This document shows, piece by piece, positions 13,851 to 25,531 of a stretch of 64,000 bases of DNA. The stretch lies in assembly GCA_046563655.1 (NCBI GenBank), contig CM102285.1, positions 15,128,001 through 15,192,000 of the forward strand, given 5' to 3'. Every line of letters starts with the position of its first letter. The stretch's first letter is position 1. The DNA comes from Yuukianura sp. NJ FZ-2021 (Eukaryota). The notes beneath the pieces were generated by a model, which saw only the letters and a program-made list of their open reading frames with translations, did no database searches and was not told the origin of the DNA. The position numbers were made by a program, and so were the translations under genes.

Positions 13851-13947
13851 GAAATGCTGGAAATACTGCAAATGGGCTGGAAATGCTGGAAATACTGCAA
13901 ATGTGCTGGAAATGCTGGAAATACTGCGAATGGCTGGAAATGCTGGA
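13851..13947. repeat. Minisatellite, ~29-bp unit x3.3
   Basis: Unit gaaatgctggaaatactgcaaatg(g/t)gctg starting at 13851, 13880 and 13909, with a partial copy at 13937. Confidence 0.9.
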
Positions 13948-15161
13948 GTCAAGGTTTGCGTAATGCTGTTTACATAAAGTCTGGAATTATTTGCAAAGTA
14001 AAATAAGTGTAAAATGCAGGCTGCTTCTGTTTACAAATTGTGAAATGCTAAATCCCAGATTTTGCGCCACAAAAGAACAATGGAAACACCAAAATCATGT
14101 TCATTTTGACGAACAAGTGAAACGAGCCCTTGACAAAAAACTGAAGAGGACTTTGGTGTTACCCTGATGATGTTTATTGAAGTCCTTCCAAGGGCCCCCT
14201 CCCCTTCCAGAACAGTGGACACGTCTCTTGTTAAGGCGCCGGCGACATGGTCCACATCATCTTAAAAAAGAAACCGGAGATGACGCTACAAAATTCTTGT
14301 TCTTGTTTCTTTTGAGCTGAAAGATGAGCCATTCCAAGCATGTCGAGGGAAGACTTTAAGTCTAAGGGCCTCTGACAGTAAGTCCCCTCCAGCCATGTGG
14401 CTTGGGGGCCCTTGGGAACTTTGTGGCAACATACCGACGTAGCCATGTGTTCATAATGGATTTGGCTACTTTTCTGAGACAGCCTCAAGACGTAGTAAAA
14501 ATTCCTAAGGCGCCCCTCCTTTGAAGGGGAGGGGCCCTTGGAGGGAGGGAGATCCAATTCCGGAATCCGAGTATGTTGATCCTCAAAAGGGGAAAACCTG
14601 TTGCATAAGCTTAGTTTTTTTTTAATGTTAGGTGCTCAAGGGCCCCCCTAAGGGCACCTTGTTAGGGTGAAGATGTGAATTGAAGTGAGTAGAGTGGAAT
14701 GTCCATTGTTGTCCGAATTCTTGGCACTCTTTAATTGTTTTTCCCCACAAGGCAATGTAGGGAGTGGATTTTCTGGAAGTTGGACATGATCTCTCCCCTG
14801 CTCAGTCTGCATTTGACGCCTCTTGCATCAACATCTCCAATTTCTAGTGCTCTTAAATTTTAAGTTCCAAACTTTCCAAAAAACGAGTTTTAATTTTTTG
14901 ATCTTCAATTCAATCACGACTTAATTATTGCCTCCTCAGTGAAACTTGTTTCGCACAACAAACATAAATTACTCCAAGATCCGGCTTGGCCAGAGTCCAC
15001 AACAGTTAAATTGTTGTCTCCCGGCATTTGACCTTAACAAGGTCAACTTTCTACTAAAAGTGTCACAAAAGTGCATTTTAAACAGTGACAACTGAAAGTG
15101 GAGTGACGACGGACACACGGTTCAATCAACTTCTAATTTCAGCTTGTCAAGGGAGCCGAAA

Positions 15162-15207
15162 TACCCTATTTATCGGCGTATAAGGCGCACTCGCGTATAA
15201 CGCGCAC
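15162..15207 (+). mobile_element. Solo terminal fragment of a Tc1/mariner-superfamily (Tc2/pogo-like) DNA transposon or MITE
   Basis: ta-ccctatttatcggcgtataaggcgcactcgcgtataacgcgcac resembles the recalled TA-CCGTATTT...CGTATAAGnCGCAC terminus, including the subterminal direct repeat. No partner end was seen. Confidence 0.5.
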
Positions 15208-15254
15208 TGAAATATCGTTTCCAATCTAATCTGTACAACAATATTTGGTAAGAC

Positions 15255-15358
15255 AAACGTTTTTGTTATACGTTTGCTAAACGTTTTTGATATACGTTTG
15301 TTAAACGTTTTCGTTATACGTTTGTTAAACGTTTTCGTTATACGTTTGTTAAACGTTT
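15255..15358. repeat. Minisatellite, 24-bp unit x4.3
   Basis: Unit aaacgttttcgttatacgtttgtt; it explains the TFNKRITK repeats of ORF 15147-15437. Confidence 0.92.
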
Positions 15359-18300
15359 GATTGGCTCGTTTTTGCTTACTTGAACTCTGTAATTGGTCAA
15401 ATGCCGGTTGGACATGCATCATGTGACATGATGTCACCGTCTTAAAAGTTTAAAACTGACTTCTTTGTTCAGTTGACATCCTGTGTCGTTGTTTTTCTTG
15501 GCTCCATGTCACAATTTTGGTCATAAATTTAGTCATTTGAAAAAAAAAACAATTCCACCCAACTAACAAAACATGTTTTTCTCAACTGTTTTTTAAAACT
15601 TAAGTCACGAGTTGGCAATTTGAGAAGCAAACAACACTTAAAACAGGCAAAAAATCAGTGACATCTCCAAAGTTCAGTTGTTTATGTCATTCTTCTGTTC
15701 TCGTTTTGACCTCTGAAGTGACCTTGGAATTCCTGCCATTCCTGAAAGATCCTGAAAGATAAGAAATATTGTTTCCGCCTTGTGCCAAATTTTTAAGACT
15801 TTTGTTTAAAAGTCGTACGACCCAGACAACCATTGACGTTGAAACGGTGATTGGTTGGAGATGCAGAAAAGGCTCAACTGTATCTAATCTTGTACTTATC
15901 TCTGTTCGTGTTAGAATAGAAAGTGATTAGTGAATTTGTTTGATTAGTTATGAAATGAAGTCATTGTTGGAAAGTTTTCACTCTTTGATAACTCCCCACT
16001 TCAAATTGGAATTCAATAGTAATTCCACTGGAATTATGTACAAATAACGACTTCATAAGCACCACTGGCTATCACTCACTTAAGCCCAACACTCAAATAC
16101 TCCTTGCTCACGAATTCCCAGTAATTAGTGATTGTTCTGAGGAAATTCTGGTGGTTTTACGACTTTTCAAAAAAAAAACTGGATTGTCGAATTATTAAAT
16201 CAACTTGTACTTTATAAAATTTTTTATTGCGCACTTGAACTTGTTGATTTTCATCAAAATACAGAATTAGTAGTGCAGTTTTATAACACAAGTCAACAAC
16301 TTACCTAACTTGCTATCAATCAAAATCTTTTTCTACTCCAATGACAAACTGCGTGTAATTTAAAAACTTACGACACTAACTGCATACGTAAATCACATTA
16401 CGTTGTATCTCTTTTTATGAAAAAAAAATCAATTCAAAATTGCTTTAAAAAAAATTAAATCAGCTCGCTGTTGAAAACAGCTTTCAAAAATTACAACCAA
16501 TTATTAACGTCATGCTTTTCTATTCTCACGTAAGCAATGCAAAAATAAAATTTCTTTTACTTGATTAAATTTTAAACAGTTGCATACTATAAAATACAAA
16601 AATTAAAAATCGTTTTTACACAAAACGGGAATTTCGTAATCTCCACACATGAAATACATTTTTTTGTGGCTCGGGAGAGCGATGCATCTTTTTTTGATAT
16701 AAAATGATGTATATTTAAATTAGAAAATACTTTGAGCGGCGTTGAAGTTTTTTATGAAGATGAACTTCGTTTTTACGAGGAGAGGAAATGGAATTGCGTC
16801 TGTTTGAAAATAAGTTCTTGGAAGTTGAACTAAGGGGTTGATTGTGTTTTTGTACGTGGAAGTGCTAAGTGGTTGGAAGGCGGAAGTGGTGATAAAGACA
16901 AAGACAGTTGAGTCTCTTCTAAGAATGACTCTTAGACGTGACTAATTGACCACTCACTTGGTTCCATTGACCTTTCAAGTCCACTTTCTGTTGTCACACG
17001 CCACTTTATTGCGGTTTGACCCCCTTCTGTCTTATGTTAGTCATGTACAATCAACCAATTCACAGATTTAGGTACCCTTCCGAGAAATGCACAAACAGGA
17101 TATGCGTTTTCACAGTTTCTAGATTTGCGTAAATTCTTTTCTCCGAATTTGACCCACTTGTCAACTCCAAAAAAAATCGGGTAACTTTGTTTCTTGAGGT
17201 GCAAGGAAATTATCAATTTTTAAAAAATGAAAAGATTTAAAGCCGGTAAAAAAGCTTCCGGATTTGACGCTATCAACTCAATTTGGATTTTGAAAAAGTT
17301 CACAGTTCCAATATGTGCCAACCAAAATTCAATTTTGAGTTTTTGGAGAAATGATTGTGATTTGTGGAATTGAATGATTGACCGAGGTCAAGAGGTCACT
17401 TCGGCTGACACACAGAGTGACATGACTGAATTTTGTTCTAATTGCGCTCACATGTCACCCGTCTTCTGGAATTTAGAGGAAACAAGTCTATTTACTCTCT
17501 TGTGCCGTCACCAGTCACTTTTGTCACCAACTTTCACTGCGCTGCGCAGTGAAAGCAAAGATTGCTCAAGTTTTCAACTCAGACACATCTCAGGTCCACC
17601 GGCATTTCAGTCTTGTGGAAGTTGGCACGGGAAGTGGTTGTGCTCCTCACTCTCTCACTACTTGTTAGCATATTCAATTTTTAACTTTTCAACTTTCATT
17701 TTCAACTTTCAAAGTTACGAAAATTGGCTTATTTTAGTTTGGGCTTATTTGGGTTTTGGAGAATTGTTAACTTTTGGCATCTGTGATTGTGACTAATTTG
17801 TGGTTTTTTGTACTTTTGCAGATTCCGCCCACAGTTGAATTGTGGGATTGACCTTGACCTTTCTGCCCACTACAGAGAAGAATTAGTATTGAAAATTAAG
17901 AGCAAGGAGAAGCCATTTGAAGAGCAACCTTATAGGTGGGCATGGAGATTTAGTTTTGAAGTGACTACAAAAGGAGTTACGAAGGTAAAGTGTGTTTCAC
18001 AACTTGGTACAAAAGATTAGGTTAACTTTTACTTTTTAGTTGTTAAGGTTAGGGTGAATGGAAAGTGAAAGTGTTGAAAGAAAAGAGAAAGAGCCTTTTG
18101 ACATGGCATGTCACAAACACATTTCCATAACTCCATTTCACTTCTCTAAAATCTCAAAATACATTTTCAAAAGAAAGGTCACGTCACCACCCGAGGTCAA
18201 ATGCAACATGTGGCAACAAGAATTAAAAACCAACGCAAATCAAATCAAACAATAAAAAGTTGCATAACTTAGACGCCGCTCAAAAATTAATCACATTATG

Positions 18301-21300
18301 AAGAGGAATTTTCAAAATTGAATTTCAGTTATTCCTTAGTTTACATTGTGCTTAAGCTATCCGCGTTTAATTAAATTTGGATTTGACCTTGAGGTCAAGT
18401 GACCAATGGCTCCATGAGTTCTGAGTCTGCGCGTAGGCAGCAATGCTGGATTTTCCTGTTTTAGTAATTTTTGGAGAGCTGAGAGACGAAGGTCAACCAA
18501 GGTCAAGAACAAGAGTTGCCCAAAATAGGAATTGGCTTTCTCTAACTTTGTTGAGAATGAGAAGGCAGAAGGGAGTAACTAATTTGAGGTGTGAAGTGAG
18601 TAATTAGCAACTTGGTTTTAACTGTTCCAATTGTGGAAAGTCGTGCTCAATGGGTTAAACGTGTGTGGATTGACGTAGAGGTGGGAGTGGATTGTGGAAT
18701 AAGTTTGTGGTTAAGTGGATCGTAAGTGGAGTGGCCTTGACTCCACAACTCACTTGGACTTGAATTCATTAAGGAACTTCAGTCATTCATTCACCCCGAC
18801 ACACACGATCCACCGCCAGAATCCATTTCACTCATTAAACTAACTTCCAGTCTCTACTTTTAGACGTGATTAGGTTAGTTAGGCTAAAACACAAAATGTT
18901 AGGTTAAAGTTAGGCTAGGATTTAGTTAGATGTTGGTGTTGTGGAGTTAATGTGGATTTATGACTGTGGAATTGACGTTATTGGACTCTTTGATTCTAGT
19001 TTCAGCAAAACTGTCCGTTTTTGAAAGAGAAAAATCGCTGAGACTGTAAAAAAAAGGGACATGTGAGGGATTTTATGTGCCAAGAAAATTGTGCTGTGTG
19101 AAGCTGAACTTTTACTTGGCGGAGAAAACTGTTTTCTTTGAGACAAAAAAAAAGTGAAAGAAAATTGTATTTTTTTTTTGTTTTTCCAAAGGAAAATGCT
19201 TTTTACTAAGAAAATTTCCTGAAAACATGTTTTTTCTTCAACATTCATTTTGTATTTTTTCTTTGGCCAAAACCAGTTTAGTTGAAAGTTATGTAAGGTT
19301 AGGTTCTTAGAAACTATGTTATGTTGTGGAAGTTAAGTTTATGTTTTTGGAAAGTTAACCTTAGGTTATGAAGTTGTTTCTAAGAAAATAAGAGAGTGAA
19401 AGTTGGAAAAGCGAGAGTGAAAGTAATATTTTGTTGGAGTTTGGTTCATAACGTGAAAGTGTAATGTGAATAACGTGAGTAATGGCGGAGAGAGGAAGAT
19501 GAGGGGATGAGAATATAAAAATAGCATAATCTCATATTCACTATCGACCACTTTCTCCAGACTACAAAAGAAGAGGTTGCCTAAGTTAATAACTGCACGT
19601 ATAGCACTCAACTTTCTCTTTTCAAGTCACTCAAGCGGAAACGTCAAGGAAATTGGGCAGGAGAAGAGATCAAAGGGAATTGGCTCAGTACAACACGTTT
19701 TATTAAACAACCACTTTTAACTTCCTTTTTTGCCTTACTTTTTGCTTTTTTTGCTGTCTCGTTTGCTGTTTGTCGTAAATACAGCGCAGGGAGACACATT
19801 GAGGACTAATTTTTTAATGAGTAAATTTTGAAAAGTTGAGCACGCTCCTTTTCATTCTTTCATTTTATTAATTTTAAGTTGGAAAGTTAATTAATTAAAC
19901 TTATTTCATGAACTTAATTAACAAAAGTTCCAGGTAGAGAGTAATGTCTGGTGTTTTTGGCACGTTGAGACAAAGTGGCTGGAGACAAAGTGGAAAGTTC
20001 AAATTTCTGTTTTTTGAATGGCGGGAGGGTGAAAGTGGCACGAGGAGATGCAATAATTGGGATTCAAAGGAAGTCTGAGAGGAATTGAATGTCAATAGCC
20101 TGCAGTGTGTTTGTGGAGTTCAGTTGCAAGTGAAAACAAAAGTGAAGTTTTTAACAAAGTTTTAACATTAGGTTGGATGAAGTGAAAAGCGACACTTTTT
20201 GAAGATGTCTGGAGAGAAAAGAGAGGAGACAGTTTTTTGTGTGTCTGGATGAAAAGTAGTTTTGTGAAGGTGTCGTTGATCAAAGTGTAACTCAAAACTT
20301 GCAATTTCCGCTTAATGGTCGCATTTTGCAGTCTGAAGGTCATGGGAAGTTGAGCTGTCGTCAAATCTTGCGATGCGAAAACTTTAAAACTTTCTCCTCC
20401 TTTCTCCCCTCTAAACTTACTAGTCTCAGTTCAGATTTCAGCAGAATTTGGACCATTCATACTGTTCTCATAGAAAGTCAAAGTTTAATATTTTTTGAAC
20501 TTTATGAAATGACTTTGACCTTGAACTGGTTTGACCTTTGCTTAGGACCTTTGCTTGTGAAATGGAAGTGGAATGACGTACACATGTTGTGTTTGTGGAA
20601 CGGAGTGGAGTGGATTTGTGGAAGTGTGTTGTTGTTGGTGTGCTGTTACTTAATTAGTAGAAATTGGATACGTAGAGTGTAGTTTTGGTGGGGTATAATG
20701 AGACTTTCTGGTCGAAAGTTAATCCTCTGTTGGGCTCTAACATGCTTTCTCCAGTGACTCGCACACTCCAAACACACTTTCCACTTTTTCAACCTTAATC
20801 CTGTCGCTGAGGAACGTGGAGCGTACTAGGAAATGTGACATTTGTGGTGAAAGTGGATTTGTGGCAGTTGGATTCCATTTCCTGTGTTTGCTCAGTGGGT
20901 TTATCTGTTTGTGTATTGTTCAGTTGGGAAACAATGTTAAAACAAGTGGAACAAACCACTTGAGTGTCCAGGACCAGAATTACATCTGGAGAACAAAGTT
21001 GCATTGATTCTTCCATTGCTGCCTACAGCCACCAACTTACTCTCAGAAACTAAAGTGTTTGTCGTGTTACGTGATTTCCGGCCACTTCTGGACCACACTG
21101 TGCTTGAGCAGTTCTGCGTACAATCTACGTGAGCAGAGGGTGGCGGGGGGATTATGTTCATTGATGCGTGGGTTGAATGGAGCGTGATGGATGGAGACTC
21201 TAGCCTAACCTTACGTAAATCCTACCCTAATCCTAACACAACCCATAGACTTTGAATGAAAAAAGAGAAAGTGGTGAAAGTTGCCTTGGAGACGAACGAC

Positions 21301-23519
21301 GTGTGAGGAAATGGATTTTTTGCTTCTAGTTCCTCTGGGGAACGGGGAATCTACAGGTGGATTTGGGAGAAAGCAGCACAAAATTACATCAATACACTCA
21401 TGGATTTTCATTTTCAAAAACCTGTTTCAAAATTTCAACATTGAAAACTACACATGGTTGTTTCTCTAAAAATGGAAATTAGGAATTCATGAAAATTTTG
21501 ACGTAATTCGTGGAGAGTCGATGATTATGTGAGTTGTTTCAGGAATTGATTAAGGTTAAAGTGAACCCCCACTGTTGATTGCGTAATAATTGGAGTGTCA
21601 TTTGCGAGTGTTTGAGTGTTGTGACATGGTGTTTGATGTTTTAATTAAAACTGACGTGGAGAGAAGTGAGTGGAGAAAGGGATAAATCGATGTTGTTTAC
21701 TCCAACTGACCTTATTCAGAACAGAGGAAGTCACTACACATAATGGACTCTCTTTAATAATTTCCAGGAATAAACAGTTTACTTTTAAACATTTAATAAA
21801 CCTTGTTTAAAAGTCCATTTCAAGAATTGAGTAGTAAATGGAGTAATGAGCGTCACAGGAAGCGATGAATTTTGAATCCACTTTTCCTCAAGCGTCCTTT
21901 TATTGATTCCCGATTTGAAATGGAACCATTTTGGAGTAACAAGGAAAACCTTTTGTGGTCCAACCAACTTATTAATAGCAACTTTTACTTAAATTTCAAC
22001 AAAAACTAGGCTGGGGATGAATTTTAAGAAAGTTAGAAAGTGCCACGAGGAGAAAGCTGAAAAATTTTGAGTTTTGGTTCAACGCCGGGTGAATTAAACA
22101 TTGAAATTCAGCAGGACTAAACATTTTTTTTAAAAAAAAGTTGGAGTTTTCATTTTTTTCTTTGGAAATTGAGTGCTAAAAAGCGTTTTTTAGAAACTTG
22201 ATTTTAGTTTTTGTTTTGAACGAAGTTTTGTGATGGTGGATTTGATAAGTTGTTGTTTTTAAAAAGTTGTAGTTGAGGTGTTTAGTTTTTTTTCTTTTGA
22301 AATTGAATTTTTGACTTCTTGTTGTTTTTGATTTGAAATGGAAAAGAAAACAAGAAAAGGAAGCCAAAAAAAATTAGTTGAGTTTGAAGGTTTTATTGGG
22401 AAAGGGTAGGGTTAAAAGTGCAAAATTGCGAAAAGATCAAAAGTGCAAAAATTTTGCAACGAGAAAAGTGGAGGAGAAGCGATAGTTGATCTGAATTTCA
22501 ATTTCTTAAAGGGGAACTGGAAATTGTTAATTCTGATACTTTTGACTAGAAAAAAATACAAACTGCAACTTTTTTTGCTTTCTAGCAGTGAGTCTAGTTT
22601 GTACTTTTGTGTTTGAGCGATGATTTGCTATGAGTTAGTTCTCTTTTGCTCTTGTCAGGATTAGGACGTCTTTTTGGCACAACTTTTGGCACATGCGAAT
22701 TCCATGTGCATAAGTCTCTTTGTACTGCACAAACTTTGTGATTAAAAGTTTACTTTTAATGGTTTTCATTCCTACAAAAGCTACAAAGTTTTGATTCACA
22801 AAGGAAAAACTTTTTCAAAAGTTTAGAATCAGACAAAAACATCTCATTTGATTGTGTTGTTTGAAAAGTTTCAAAAATTAAATTCTGGACTATCGCATAT
22901 GGATTCGTAATTGAAGGGTCTGGAACGTAAGTTTTTAAATTGTTGTTTCTAAATTGTTGTTTTTAAATTTCTACGTGAAATGTTGCCTAATAATTATTTC
23001 AAACTAAAAAGTGAAGTTTATGTAAAACTATGAAGTAATGCGAGTTTTGAACTGTCTTAACTTCATTTTATCATTTTCTACTAGTAAAGAAATCAAAATT
23101 TTAAAAGCGGTGGGTAGACTTGACATTGATTCTTGTACTTGTTTCAAACTGGGAATTTTTTTTTCTTTTAAAGTGGCATTAAATTTTAATGGTTTGATTT
23201 AAAAGGAGTTGCAAAATCTTGCAGGACGAGACGGCGAGTCGCCTTTTTGTGAAAAGTGAATCATCGCTGCTTTTAAGATCCGCAATTGCGAAATTGTTTG
23301 TGACTGGATTAGATTTGGCAAAGTGGTTGAGACTCTGCCAAACAGAGACACTTTTTAACATTCAGCATAGCAGAGATGTTAAAGTGGAGACTGTCTCTGG
23401 AGTTGAAGATTGAGCTCCAGAGATCAAGTTCCTTTGTCACTTTGCCCCTAGCAACGCATCTCCTTCTCAATCACTCTCAAAACATCTCATAAAAAATGAA
23501 ATGTTAAAAAGAAAGATAA

Positions 23520-23762
23520 AAAGTCTCACAAAGTCTGAAATCTGAAATACTAAAAAGTCTGAGATCTGGAAAACTGGAAAGTTTGAAATTTAAAAAAGTG
23601 AAGAGTCTAAGACCTGAAAAAGTGAAAAGTCTGAGATGTGACAAACTGAAAAGTGTGAAATATTAAAAGCTGAAAAGTCTGAGATCTGGAAAACTGAAAG
23701 TTCGAAATCTGACAAAATTAGAGTTTGGAATTTCCAAAAACTGGAAAGTGTGAAATGTGAAA
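23520..23762. repeat. Degenerate tandem repeat
   Basis: Recurrent aaaagtctgagatctggaaaactg / aaagtgtgaaat variants. Confidence 0.65.
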
Positions 23763-25531
23763 GAAGTTTTTATAAAGTTTTATAGTTGGTTGATGTTGGT
23801 TTTTTTATAAGTTGGAGGAACTGTGTTGCACTTTTTAGTATTTACTCTATCGCTGACACTTGACTTTGACATGACACACACTTGGAGCATGACAGGATAA
23901 GCCATTCACTTTTTACTTGTGACTGGACACTCTTCCTGGATGAAGAGGCAAATTGAATTGTGGAAAAGAGTAATTGGTGACAGAGGTCAAAGGTCAAAGC
24001 GGGTAGTTTGTCGCTTGGAGAAGTGAGTTTGTGGTTTCACTTTGATCAAGAGTTGTGCTAAGAATTGAGGCCACCAGAGTCCAGAGTTTGTAAAAGTTTC
24101 CAGTTGACCTTTGCGTGGAGTGTGACCTTTGACATGGTTTGGCAACTCCAACTAATCTTCATCAAAAGTTCAGTCGAGGAACTTCAAATCTACAAAGGTC
24201 ACAAAACTTCAAATCACAAAAGTTCAATCTCAGAAAATGGTGGAAACCGGATTGAATCCGGACTGTGATTGGAAAAGTTCACTCGACTCATCCTCACTTT
24301 CAAAATAACTTTTGTAATTATTTAATTAACACTTCAACTGGTTTTAATTAATTAACATTTCAATGTTTAAGTACTAGACATGCAGTTAGGCACGATTAAA
24401 ACAAATGTTTTAAACCGAAAACAAAAACAGAACAACGACGCCGTTTGAAATCTTTGTAGAATTTTCTTACCTAAAAGTGCATTATTTACAGGTTCTTTGT
24501 GTTAAATGGAGCTTAAATTCGGAACGGAAAGTTGGTGAAAGGTTAAAAGAGTACACTGATTTGAAAAATAAAATATTGAGTATTTTTAAAATTTGAAAAA
24601 GCACTTGGTCCATTCTCCATTGGTTTTTTAAAAATTTGAACTTTCGGAAACAACTTTTTGAAGTTTTAGGCTTTTGTCACTTGCTAAGTTGTAACTTAGA
24701 ATTTTCTATTTTTGGTTTTGTTGTTCATGTTTTATGTGCGTCACGCAAGTTCTGGAGGCGGAAATAGGCAAGTTGGCATTTCATGTCAACTTTTTAAATG
24801 CTAAAAACCAAGTTCCTCTGCTCACCAACCCACAATTTGTAAATATCCCAATAGACTATAACATTTTTATACTCAACTAAACTAAAATATTTAAAAAAGT
24901 ATAAAAAGAAACACTCTAAGACTAAAATTAGACTAAAATCACTGCTATAATTTCCAAATTTCCACTTTTAGTCATTTTAGAAACGTTTCAGAGAAAATTT
25001 CGACTTTCTCTTGCAAATGATTGTTTACTTTTGAAAAAGAAACCTAAAATGAAAGTTAGAATTGGCAGGAATTTACAGAAAACGATCGATCCATAGTGGA
25101 CACAAATCTAAAATTATTAAAGTGTTCCGGATTCCCATTTTCGAAACTTGTTTTTCAAAAATTGATTTTGAAAAGTGAAATTGAAATGAATTTTTGAAAA
25201 GCGGATGTCTAGAGAGAAAGTTGGCTTGAAGGAGAGCAATGTTCGGACGGTTTAGAGTTGAAGGACGAAATTTCCCAAAAAGTGACATTCACTGACCTTT
25301 TGGTTTTTGCAAAAATCTATTTTTGCACAACTTCTCTCTCAATCTCTCAAGAATCTTGGCTCAACTCTCGTCTCTTTTAGTATCTATTTTTAGTCTTCTG
25401 AGAACTGAGTCACGGTGCTCCAAATTGGCACGACCTTTCACGTTTTTCACTTTTAGACGTTTTTTTTGTTGAAATTCACTCTTTCAATTGATTTTTTTTG
25501 ATTTTTTACAGTTTGTGAATTGGATCGAAAG

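Noticed and set aside
15147..15437. 96-aa ORF with TFNKRITK repeats
   Set aside because: It is the translation of the 24-bp minisatellite.
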